From Phyllobates terribilis (lineage: Eukaryota), in contig NW_027362764.1 of assembly GCF_046119375.1 (NCBI RefSeq), positions 747,534,001 to 747,598,000 of the forward strand: 64,000 bases of DNA, in the 5' to 3' direction. Positions 1 through 10,650 of this stretch are shown here, piece after piece. Below the pieces are notes generated by a model. The model ran no database searches and was not told where the DNA came from. It saw only the letters and a list, made by a program, of their open reading frames with translations. The stretch's first letter is position 1. Every line of letters begins with the position of its first letter. The position numbers and the translations under genes were made by a program.

Positions 1-312
1 GGTCCCCGTGCCACCGGGACTGTGATAAAATTCAATATGCAGCACGGATGGGGCTTTATTAGAGACCATCAGACCCCCGGCGACGTCTTTGTAACTCGCA
101 GAGACGTAGAAAGCCATCTGCCGGAGGGACACAGAGGTCGTGACCTGTATGTAGGGGACGAGGTCACCTTCACCCGGCACAAGTGTGCCAAAGGACCCTA
201 CGCCCTCCATGTGCATCGCCTGATGGAGGAGGAGCTGCGGTGTGAGGAGGAGCAAGAGGACCCGGACTGGTCTGAAGAATCTAAAGAAGGAGCAGGAGGA
301 CGCCGTCGTTGA
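1..312 (+). CDS. 3' end of the cold-shock-domain ORF of an LTR element (5' part lies outside the window)
   Basis: Frame is open from base 1: GPRATGTVIKFNMQHGWGFIRDHQTPGDVFVTRRDVESHLPEGHRGRDLYVGDEVTF...GPYALHVHRL. This matches the CSD pattern (GTV..FN, RNP1 GWGFI, RNP2 DVFV) and is followed by an acidic tail. Paralogous to 48769-49089. Confidence 0.85.
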   Translation, partial: GPRATGTVIKFNMQHGWGFIRDHQTPGDVFVTRRDVESHLPEGHRGRDLYVGDEVTFTRHKCAKGPYALHVHRLMEEELRCEEEQEDPDWSEESKEGAGGRRR

Positions 313-2017
313 AGTACGGTAGAGAGAGACTGTACATAGTTACCCGTCAGGGTATAAGAACTGTTCTAGTTAAAATATAGTCCCCGTTGGGACCAGCCAA
401 TTGAACTGAATCCCGTGTGTCCCTATTCCCACTGACCGAGGACTGAGAGCGGTCAATCCTCCCTAATACCTGGCCGAGGACTGAGAGCGGCCATATTTCC
501 CTTGTATATAGTTGCGCTTCCTAAAGCGCCCCCTACCGGTTTTATAGGAAACTGTTTTCTTCCAAGAGAGACTGTCGCACCTTACCCGGTCACAAGTTGC
601 ACCGTGGCCGGAGGAACAAGAATGTTATTTATGAAAAGTTTTATATGAAAAGTTTGATAGCTGATAAAATATATGAATATGTTGATGTTTATGAAAAAAA
701 AAAAAAAATTGTATGTTTTGATGTTTTTATATCTTACAGCCCGAGGACGTGCTGTGGTTTACCAGGGGGAAATGTAGCACCCTGAGGATTCGGCTGTTAC
801 AGGGGTATTGCACCTCAACCCAGAGGTGTGATATTCCACTCCCGGGTAAGGATGGAGTGTGGAACTGAGCTCAGTTAGCTGCATGCACTACACACATCCC
901 ATTTCCGAGGGACAGACCGATGGTACTCCCACCAGTTTATGTGCAGGTACGACAGTGTCTGTTCCTGGCTGGAGTGGGAGGGGGGTGGAACATCCCAGTA
1001 GTGTAGGGGCAGATAGGGGGAGCAGTCTGGGTAATGCTAGGAGCTCATTGGGTGCTGGTCACCTGAGCTCACACATAGAGGGAGTATATAAGGTGGGAAC
1101 CATCTTAGGACAGGGTCTTTTGTAGAGTGAGTCAGTCTGTCAGAGTGTAACCTGAGGAGCAGAGCAGAGAAGCTCAGCCAGGAGGGCTGACAGGGAGTTG
1201 TGGTTCCGGCTGGGCCCAGCTCCAAGGCCAAGAGAGAGAGAGGAGTCGGAAGGACCCAGAGAAAACAAGCAGGAACCCCAAGACCCCAGAATACAAACAA
1301 CAGGGTGAAGGGTTGGCACCTAGGGTACCGGATCCCAAGCTGGCAGAGAGAAAAGCACACCTTAGCCAGAGACCGGAGGTCGTGGGCAGGATCTGCCACG
1401 ACCCTCACCAAATCCACCAGGAAGGCAGACCAAGTATAGGGTCAGGGAACCCAGAGGAGGTGTACCCACCAAGAGACCCGAGGGAGCCGGACATAGGTGG
1501 ATCCCTGGTGGGAACGGCCAGAAGAGAGGGAAAGTCAGACAGGAGCTCAGGACCACGCTCCAGAACTGCCTGGGGGTTAGCCGAGTCCAGGACCTGGTGG
1601 ACGCAGCACGGCTCGGGTGGTCGCTTCAGGCCAGAGTGACCATAAGAACACCCATAAGTAAAAACCCCTGAACTGCACAGCCCGACTCTGAGTCTTCTTG
1701 CTGATTCATCCTGCACCTTCACAACCACCATCCTCTACATCTGACCCCCTGAGGCTATACCCCTCCCGTTGGGGGTTATACTACCAAAGCTGCACACATA
1801 CCAACAGCCTCAGCGGACCCTGCTGCAGCGGCGGCCTTTTGACCGCAAATCAACGGGTGGCGTAGTCGACACAAAGAACTCTAATAACATCTGTAGGACT
1901 GCCACACACTGAGTTTGACACCCTGGGCACGGACCGGGTCACAGCCACTCGGAGACTACAACCCCCATCTGATCCGGCTCCGGGTATCCCTAACAACATG
2001 GCCCAGGGGGCGCGTCA
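1..2017 (+). mobile_element. CSD-encoding LTR element, copy 1 (3' part; 3' LTR 773-2017)
   Basis: 3' UTR nearly identical to 49090-49558. PPT AGGGGGAA precedes an LTR running TGTAGCA...GCGCGTCA (1245 bp). TATATAA at 1085. Confidence 0.9.
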
Positions 2018-2330
2018 CAGGATGTCACACACCCCCTCCCTTATAATGCCCCATGCAGGCTGTCACCCCCCCCCCTTCCCTTATAATGCCCCATGCAGGA
2101 TGTCACCCACCCCCTCCCTTATAATGCTCCATGCAGGATGTCACACCCCCCTTCCCTTATAATGCCCCATGCAGGATGTCACCCACCCCCTCCCTTATAA
2201 TGCCCCATGCAGGATGTCACACCCCCCTCCCTTATAATGCCTCATGCAGGATGTCACACACCCCCCTTGCTTATAATGCCCCATGCAGGATGTCACACAC
2301 ACCCACCCCACGATATAATGCCCCATGCCT
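2018..2330. repeat. Tandem repeat, ~37-40 bp unit (CAGGATGTCACACCCCCTCCCTTATAATGCCCCATG), ~8 copies
   Basis: Direct reading of the sequence; the LTR ends exactly at a unit junction (TCA|CAGGATG). Confidence 0.9.
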
Positions 2331-3260
2331 CCATACAATAAAAAAAAAGAAATACTCACCTCACTTCTCACCTGCTGCCGCTGCTCCGGACTCCTCAGTG
2401 TCGCCGGCGTCTTCCCGCTCTGCACTGTGATGGCTCAGCAGAGAGCGCGGTGTAAAGACGTCACCGTGCCCTCTGACCTGAGACGTCACTGTGCAGCAGC
2501 CGCGGAAGTGACAGGAGCTGCTGCGAAGGCAAGGGAAGAGGTAAGTATTGCGCCGGGGCCCTGAGCAACCGGGGGAGAGCGGGTGCTGGCACCTCTCTCC
2601 TCCGCTCACGGGTCCCATAGCGCGGCGGGGTGCCCGACGGCGAGTGGGCCCCCCCACCTGCTCAGGGCCGCCGCACTTGCCCGGGTGCACCAGGTGCTGA
2701 CGCCAGCCCTGCTCAGACCCCTCACATTGTGCCCCTGATATCAATGCTGCACTTCTCACTGGGCTTCCTTGCTCCACAATGCTGTACACAGTTTTATATT
2801 TAATATCTTTATAAAGCATTTTCTACTGTCTGTGCTCTGGATTCCTTCTTTTTCTCCTTAGCCCAAGTCTCCTTTCTGGGCACAGAGTATAAACCTTTCT
2901 CCAGTTTTTCTTTCCTGATCACCAGCTCTCGGCTGCAATCATCCAGACACTCACACTTCATCAGTTTTACCTTAGGATCAGTCTCTTTCTTAATTTCTTC
3001 TTTAAGCTTGCTGATTTGCAATTCCAGCTTAAATATACTTTGCCTTGTAACTTTACCACTTAATCCTCCAACATAACAAGCAGGTTTAGAAGACTCACCA
3101 GCCACCATCTCCAGCTTCCCATTACCATCAGATGCATGCTGCAGGCCCGACTCCAGACCAGGGGCTTTCCCTGAATCATCAGCCCAGATTCCCTCCCCTC
3201 CATCTGGGTCAGAAGCCATGCCTCCGCCCTGCTGGGAGCTCACAAACACACGTCTATCCT

Positions 3261-4165
3261 CTCCTATGGACAAGAATAGAACTATATAATACTGCTCCTG
3301 TGTACTAGAATATAACTACTATAATACTGCCCCTATGTACAAGAATATAACTACTATAATACTGCTCCTATGGACAAGAATAGAACTACTATAATACTGC
3401 TCCTGTGTACTAGAATATAACTGCTATAATACTGCCCCTATGTACAAGAATATACCTACTATAATACTGCCCCTATGTACAAGAATATAACTACTATAAT
3501 ACTGCCCCTATGTACAAGAATATAACTACTATAATACTGCTCTTATGTACAAGAATATAACTACTATAATACTGCTCCTATGTACAAGAATATAACTACT
3601 ATAATACGGCCTCCTATGTACAAGAATATAACTACTATAATACTGCTACTATGTACTAGAATAGAACTACTATAATACTGCCTCTATATAAAAGAATGAC
3701 TACTATAATACTGCCCCTATGTACAAGAATATAAATACTAAAATACTGCCCCTATGTACAAGAATATAACTACTATAATACGGCTCCTATGTACAAGAAT
3801 ATAACTACTATAATACTGCTCCTATGGACAAGAATATAACTACTATAATACTGCCCCTATGTACAAGAATATAACTACTATAATACTGACTCCTATGGAC
3901 AAGAAAATCACTACCATAATACTGCCCCCTATGTACAAGAATGAAACTACTATAATACTGCCCCTATATACAAGAATATAACTACTATACTACTGCTACC
4001 TATGTACAAGAATACAAGTACTATAATACTGACATAGGTACAAGAATATAACTACTATAATACTGCTCCTATGTACAGGAATATAACTACTATAATACTG
4101 TCCCTATGTGCAAGAATATAACTACCATAATACTGCTCTCTATGTACAAGAATATAATTACTATA
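3261..4165. repeat. 35-bp minisatellite (TATGTACAAGAATATAACTACTATAATACTGCCCC)n, ~25 copies
   Basis: 35-bp period (e.g. TGTAC at 3301 and 3336). Confidence 0.95.
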
Positions 4166-4166
4166 T

Positions 4167-4565
4167 TGCCAACCAATGATGTCCCATATCTGCTTATTGG
4201 AAGAAAAGTCCAGAGACACTGTCGGCCATGGTAGCACAATTAGGTCATATAGGCTGCTCACAGATGCGCAAGCAACATGTGGCCTGGTGATGTCATATTG
4301 AAAACAGCTCATGAGATGCTTTTATATTCCCTCGTGAAGGCCTTTTCATGATGTGGAACATGTTGCATTGCCCACGAGAATATCTGGCACGTCATTGGTT
4401 GGCAATTACAGAGGAAGCTGCCAGAACTGGATCTTGATGATTTTTGTGCCCAAGTGAATTCAGCGGCCAAACCTTCTTCAGATAACCATCAAATCAATAA
4501 CCACATTGATTGCATTTGTGTATGTGCGGGGATTTCTGCACGTGGTGCTCATACTCCATACTCCA
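4167..4565. pseudogene. Degenerate Tc1-like transposase relic, rearranged into two opposite-strand pieces
   Basis: Minus strand 4167-4310 reads FQYDITRPHVA...LPWPTVSLDFSSNKQIWDIIGWQ. Plus strand ~4370-4565 reads ENIWHVIGWQLQRKLP...ISARGAHTPY. Both resemble the Tc1 catalytic/C-terminal region. Confidence 0.6.
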
Positions 4566-5407
4566 GATTTCAAACAAATGTTTTAAAATGTTGTTTCCAT
4601 TTTTTCATAATTTGCAGATCAGCAACATGTCTATCCATCCTGTGATTTCCATAATTCCATGTTGAGCAGTGTATTTAAGGGTTTACATCTTGACATACAT
4701 TAAAGGCAAAGGTTTTACCTTTCAAAGGTTACAAGGCATAGTCAGAGTGACTGTAAATTGATAGATCTGTGATAAACTGCTGTAGCAGCACCTTAAAACA
4801 CAGCCTTTTTTATTCTTCACACACTGCAAACAAGGAGGGCAGTATTAAGCCCCTCAGCGCTAATTTTGCTACTAAACCAAAATCCTGAAATCAAACCTTG
4901 TGTCACAGAAAGTGTGATTCCTGTTTTGTGACACTGGACAAAAGAAAATGTCCAGAAATTTAAACACAACGGACTACAGAACAAAGTGTGCTTGTTGTAA
5001 ATAAATATTTTTTGCAAGTTTTGATGTAGTAGTCCAATATTATACCCATAAACCCCAAATACTGTTGTTAGTTAAAATGGGTTACCATCCATTTTCCCCA
5101 TGTGGAAAGTTTGAGATCACTTAAATATTAATAAGGCTGTGTTTGCATTAAAAAGCTCAATACGAGTTCATTATAGTCCTAGGAGACCGCAGAGTGTTAT
5201 ACACGTATTTTTCGGCCAGAGGCTTTTCAGTGTAGCCATTCAAACTTTTTGGGAAAATTCGACAAAATTAGTGAATTCGATTTCAAAACAATCCCCAGAG
5301 TGAAATGTTTTAATTCCTCTTTCTGTGTTTGTATAGAGCAGGGGGCCTGTAAGTAACATCAGAAAGAATGATCATTGGCTAGTTACTGTCATCTCTATAG
5401 TGACCAC

Positions 5408-5785
5408 GGGGAGGATTCAGGAACCTTTCTTCATGTTATCACCCCTGCTACAATCCCAGGATGTTTCGGTCTTACCCTCTCCACAGCCTCCAGTGACTAC
5501 AAGAAGGATGCAGGAGCCTTTCTTCATGTAATCACCCCTGTTACAATCCCAGGATGTTTCTGTCTTACCCTCTCCACAGCCTCCAGTGAATACATGAACG
5601 ATTCAGGAGCCTTTCTTCATGCTATCACCCCTGTTACAATCCCAAGATGTTTCTGTCTTACCCTCTGCACAGGCTCAAGTGACTACAGGGAGGATTCAGG
5701 AGCCTTTCTTCATGTTATCACCCCTGTTACAATCCCAGGATGTTTCTGTCTTACCCTCTACACAGCCTCAAGTGACTACAGGGGG
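5408..5785. repeat. 93-bp tandem repeat, ~4 copies
   Basis: Unit GATTCAGGAGCCTTTCTTCATGTTATCACCCCTGTTACAATCCCAGGATG... recurs every 93 bp. Confidence 0.85.
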
Positions 5786-6857
5786 GGATACAGGAGGTTT
5801 TCTTAGGCAATGTGTTAGCCAGAGAAGTCTATATACTTTTATGTGATAAATTACATTTGGGTGATACTTTTGGATTAAAAAGGCAAAAGTATTATAGGAG
5901 TACTACCTCTTTGATGGAAAATTGCGTAAAGGTGACCATGATTGTAAAATGTTGGGAGGCATTATTACAGTCATACTTTCAGAAAATATATGGGTTTAGA
6001 GTAAATTTATTATTTTTTCACTAAGGACATAGGTCTTATCAGTGCTTGTAAAAAGCTAATTAAGGTTGGACACAATATATAAGACATTGAAGCCAAGTTT
6101 TGACTTTGTTGGCAACATGCATTGTGAGATACTTGGCAGGTTCACTTTACAGTACATAATGTACACACTATTTGTACATAGCTGCTGGAAATCATCTAAA
6201 TCATTAACAGGAAAGAACATTCCCTCCGATGCTGGGAATCGCCAGCTTGAAGAATATAAGTAACAATGGAGGTATACACAATGTAGACCCCCAATACATC
6301 AATAGATAACATAAAGCCTTACATGCCAAAGTGATGCCTCTGTTCTAAAACCCTGATCAAATTCTGCTTTTCATTGAGGATAATGAGGTACAGGACTTCT
6401 GGCTACATTTCTGCATAATAAGGACAGGCTGTGTAAGCTGGATTTTGGTCGAGACTCCAGCTGACACAATCACATGAGCGCTTATGAAGTCTAAACATGT
6501 AACAGTAAGAACATGACTCGAATAAAATCTGCTAAGTGGGATGAAGGATACTCAGCAATTACAATGCTAATTAATGCACAGAAATGTAATTATGTCACGT
6601 GCCTGTGCTCGCCTTTCTTTAATTCTTTTCATTTTAATGTTATGGAACATTCTTAAAGGGGAGGTTTTCTTAAGGCAAATCCCTTATTATTGTTTGGGAA
6701 ACTGTGATTGACCATGCATTACCCCTACAAAAGCATTTTTATGGCAATTTCACCTGGACTTACATGTGAATATATATTGACCATGTAATAAAAAGGCAGT
6801 TCATCAGAGAAAGATCTGTTCTTTATGATCTTAACATACCTTGAAGATACCTATATA

Positions 6858-8487
6858 CAGTACAGACCAAAAGTTTGGACACACCTTCTCATTTAAAGAT
6901 TTTTCGGTATTTTCATGACTATGAAAATTGTACATTCACACTGAAGGCATCAAAACTATGAATTAACACATGTGGAATTATATACTTAACAAAAAAGTGT
7001 GAAACAACAGAAAATATGTCTTATATTCTAGGTTCTTCAAAGTAGCCACCTTTTGCTTTGATGACTGCTTTGCACACTCTTGGCATTCTCTTGATGAGCT
7101 TCAAGAGGTAGTCACCGGAAATGGTCTTCCAACAATCTTGAAGGAGTTCCCAGAGATGCTTAGCACTTGTTGGCTCTTTTGCCTTCACTCTGCGGTCCAG
7201 CTCACCCCAAACCATCACGATTGGGATCAGGTCTGGTGACTGTGGAGGCCAGGTCATCTGGCGTAGCACCCCATCACTCTCCTTCTTGGTCAAATAGCCC
7301 TTACACAGCCTGGAGGTGTGTTTGGGGTCATTGTCCTGTTGAAAAATAAATGATGGTCCAACTAAACGCAAAAGGGATGGAATAGCATGCCGCTGCAAGA
7401 TGCTGTGGTAGTCATGCTGGTTCAGTATGCCTTCAATTTTGAATAAATCCCCAACAGTGTCACCAGCAAAGCACCCCCACACCATCACACCTCCTCCTCC
7501 ATGCTTCACAGTGGGAACCAGGCATGTAGAGTCCATCCGTTCACCTTTTCTGCGTCGCACAAAAACACGGTGGTTGGAACCAAAGATCTCAAATTTGGAC
7601 TCATCAGACCAAAGCACAGATTTCCACTGGTCTAATGTCCATTCCTTGTGTTCTTTAGCCCAAACAAGTCTCTTCTGCTTGTTGCCTGTCCTTAGCAGTG
7701 GTTTCCTAGCAGCTATTTTACCATGAAGGCCTGCTGCACAAAGTCTCCTCTTAACAGTTTTTGTAGAGATGTGTCTGCTGCTAGAACTCTGTGTGGCATT
7801 GACCTGGTCTCTAATCTGAGCTGCTGTTAACCTGCGATTTCTGAGGCTGGTGACTCGGATAAACTTATCCTCAGAAGCAGAGGTGACTCTTGGTCTTCCT
7901 TTCCTGGGGCGGTCCTCATGTGAGCCAGTTTCTTTGTAGCACTTAATGGTTTTTGCAACTGCACTTGGGGACACTTTCAAAGTTTTCCCAATTTTTCGGA
8001 CTGACTGACCTTCATTTCTTAAAGTAATGATGGACACTCGTTTTTCTTTACTTAGCTGCTTTTTTCTTGCCATAATACAAATTCTAACAGTCTATTCAGT
8101 AGGACTATCAGCTGTGTATCCACCAGACTTCTGCACAACACAACTGATGGTCCCAACCACATTTATAAGGCAAGAAATCCCACTTATTAAACCTGACAGG
8201 GCACACCTGTGAAGTGAAAACCATTTCCGGTGACTATCTCTTGAAGCTCATCAAGAGAATGCAAAGAGTGTGCAAAGCAGTCATCAAAGCAAAAGGTGGC
8301 TACTTTGAAGAACCTAGAATATAAGACATATTTTCAGTTGTTTCACATTTTTTTGTTAAGCATATAATTCCACATGTGTTAATTCATAGTTTTGATGCCT
8401 TCAGTGTTAATGTACAATTTTCATAGTCATGAAAATACCAAAAAATCTTTAAATGAGAAGGTGTGTCCAAACTTTTGGTCTGTACTG
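6858..8487 (-). mobile_element. Tc1-family DNA transposon, full length (1630 bp), 268-bp TIRs
   Basis: TA|CAGTACAGACC...GGTCTGTACTG|TA; TIRs at 6858-7125 and 8220-8487. Confidence 0.95.
7021..8073 (-). CDS. Tc1 transposase, open frame but third catalytic residue mutated (E to V)
   Basis: Paired-like HTH, GRPR, WSDESK and QQDNDPKH are present. It has SPDLIPIVMVW where the sister copy at 62157 has SPDLNPIEMVW. Confidence 0.9.
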   Translation of the reverse strand: MARKKQLSKEKRVSIITLRNEGQSVRKIGKTLKVSPSAVAKTIKCYKETGSHEDRPRKGRPRVTSASEDKFIRVTSLRNRRLTAAQIRDQVNATQSSSSRHISTKTVKRRLCAAGLHGKIAARKPLLRTGNKQKRLVWAKEHKEWTLDQWKSVLWSDESKFEIFGSNHRVFVRRRKGERMDSTCLVPTVKHGGGGVMVWGCFAGDTVGDLFKIEGILNQHDYHSILQRHAIPSLLRLVGPSFIFQQDNDPKHTSRLCKGYLTKKESDGVLRQMTWPPQSPDLIPIVMVWGELDRRVKAKEPTSAKHLWELLQDCWKTISGDYLLKLIKRMPRVCKAVIKAKGGYFEEPRI

Positions 8488-10308
8488 TATATGTATTTAT
8501 GAATAGCATAAAAATGTCTATAGCAGGTACAGTATATATGGTCTTAGAAAAGTATGATCCCCTCCACAGCATGATGGCTCCTACAGCTCCCTAAATGGTA
8601 TGATGGCCCTCACAGCCTACCTATCGGTATTATGCATGACACAACCCCCCCAAATGGTATAATGGCCCTACAATCCCCCATATGGTGTGATGGAACCCAC
8701 AGCCCAAAAACAGTAAGATGACTTCACACAGTAGGATGGTTCCATATTCCCCCACACAGTATGATGCCCCCACACACAGTATGCTGGCTCTATATTCCCC
8801 CACACAGTATGAGGTCCCCACATGTAACTGACAATAAAAAAAATATATACTAGTTACCTTGCTCTGTTTCCTCAATGCTCTGCTCTGATCTGTGCTATGT
8901 TTGTACCAAGTTTGGTACGATCCAGTGACGTCATCACACCTGCTGTACTGTGTCTCATAAGCACAATCTGAATGGTGGGAGAGAGAGATGACAGTTCCCT
9001 TTTCCACCATTGTATTCAACGTTACATCCTGAGGATGCAGATACCGTTAAAATTTTAACAACGGGTGGGGGTATCGCAGTGCCATTTTGCATTGGGCTTC
9101 CCCAACTTACAAGTGGTACATCACTGTTTCAAGCCCATTGGCTGCCCTGATCTGCTGGCCAGACAAGAACAGCCAACAGGCTGGCCTGGTGTATGGAAAT
9201 GGGGTTGTACATTCAAATGCCTCAAATTACACCCATGACCGCCCTGACCCAATATATAATAGAATGCCCATTTTTGGGCTTAATTTGCTTAAACACCACC
9301 CTTTTTGGTTTAGTTTGTGGGATTGCCACAGAAAAATCAAGTTTGTTGGCATGAAACAACCCCTTTAAGCTATGTAATATAACTTATTTGAGAAATATGC
9401 TTTTTATTTCTCCACTTATGATCCCCTCTTCCACATCCTAATCTTTTCATCCACTTTGAAAAGCAGCTCAGCTCAGTCCTACTAAAAAAAGGGTTTCCAT
9501 CACACTGAAGGATCAAATTACAGCTGCCTGTTGGAGTTTATGGAGAAGGAAAGGGGAGGAGGAATGAGCAGAGTGAGAAAGAGAACAGTAGAGTGATAGT
9601 GATACTGCTTTCAAGTAAGTGTTTTGTTTGACCCCAGAGCTGGATTCACAGCTACACTGCTGAGGACTGTTTGCCATTTTCTCTTTGCTGCTGCTTCTGA
9701 AGATATGCCATATGGAGACAGTAGAGCAGGAATCAATCATGTTTCATGTATGGGAGACATCATAGCAGCGTGTCTCTGACCACTAGCTCAGAGACAACAG
9801 AAAATTAGAGAAAGTACCTGCAGAGGGGAAAACTGGAGAACTGATGAAAAATGCAGGATACAAGTCATTTGATGGCCAGAAAAATTGTTATTCCCCATGT
9901 ACACACAACAAATTATTCAGAATCATGAGCTGAAATGAAATTAAAAAGTGAATTTGCCTTTATAATAAGGAAACTGGAGCCTAATAATTCCACCAATTCC
10001 CTAATATTAGGCTGTTTTTGGAATTACTCTTTAAGGGCGAAAGTAATCTGAGAAGTAAAATGTATTTGCCTATGGTTCAGCAGACGCGGGCAGCCATACA
10101 ACGGCCTACATCTTCTAAAATGCTGCAGATTAAGATAAGTGATAAATGTACAGAATAGGTGATAACTTACTGATCACTGGTGGTCCAACTGATGGGACCC
10201 CAATCAATCCCATGAACTGGCCCGGTGGCACAGGCTCTACTCATTGTCTATGGAATAGGTGAAGATAGCCAAGTACAGCGCTGGACTTTCACTGGCAATC
10301 CATTAGAT

Positions 10309-10641
10309 CAGGGGTGGTGAACCTCAGACCCGTGGGCAATTTACAGCCCTTGATGACCTTTTATCCGGCCCCGAGGCACATTCCCGGTGACCGCAGTGCT
10401 TGGGCCGGCAGCTGTATGTTGATGGCCGCCGGCCCATTAATTTCTACTTTATCTGTGAACACGAGCATGCAGTGTTCACTACTGAATGCTGAGGGTCATA
10501 CAATGAAATGTTGCGTCCTGTCACCAGTGCCAGCGTGAGGACTTGCCTTGTGGGTGGAGATAATGCACAATTTGTATGGCCCCCAAAGGATGGTATAAAT
10601 AGTCAAATGGCCCTTGGCATAAAATAGATTACCCACCCCTG
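10309..10641. mobile_element. hAT-type MITE
   Basis: Termini CAGGGGTGG.../...CCACCCCTG; degenerate 8-bp TSD cattagat/ctttagac. The interior is the reverse-complement homologue of 27345-27500. Confidence 0.65.
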
Positions 10642-10650
10642 CTTTAGACC

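Noticed and set aside
859-1731. Multiple 60-150 aa ORFs within LTRs (also 20320-21673, 23751-24993, 27698-28934, 33296-34100, 45967-46750, 49706-50489)
   Set aside because: GC-rich LTR sequence; the frames are not conserved between LTR subfamilies and have no domain motifs.
2331-2710. Possible right end of a Harbinger-like non-autonomous element (GACGCCAGCCCT)
   Set aside because: The left terminus would lie outside the window; no TSD can be checked.
2809-3273. 154-aa Lys/Glu-rich minus-strand ORF
   Set aside because: Non-ATG start at the satellite edge, no recognisable domain or splice context; at most a TE ORF fragment.
3261-4165. CRISPR-like array (35-bp periodicity; also the 31-bp and 110-bp arrays)
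   Set aside because: Head-to-tail units with no unique spacers, no cas genes, and a vertebrate context.
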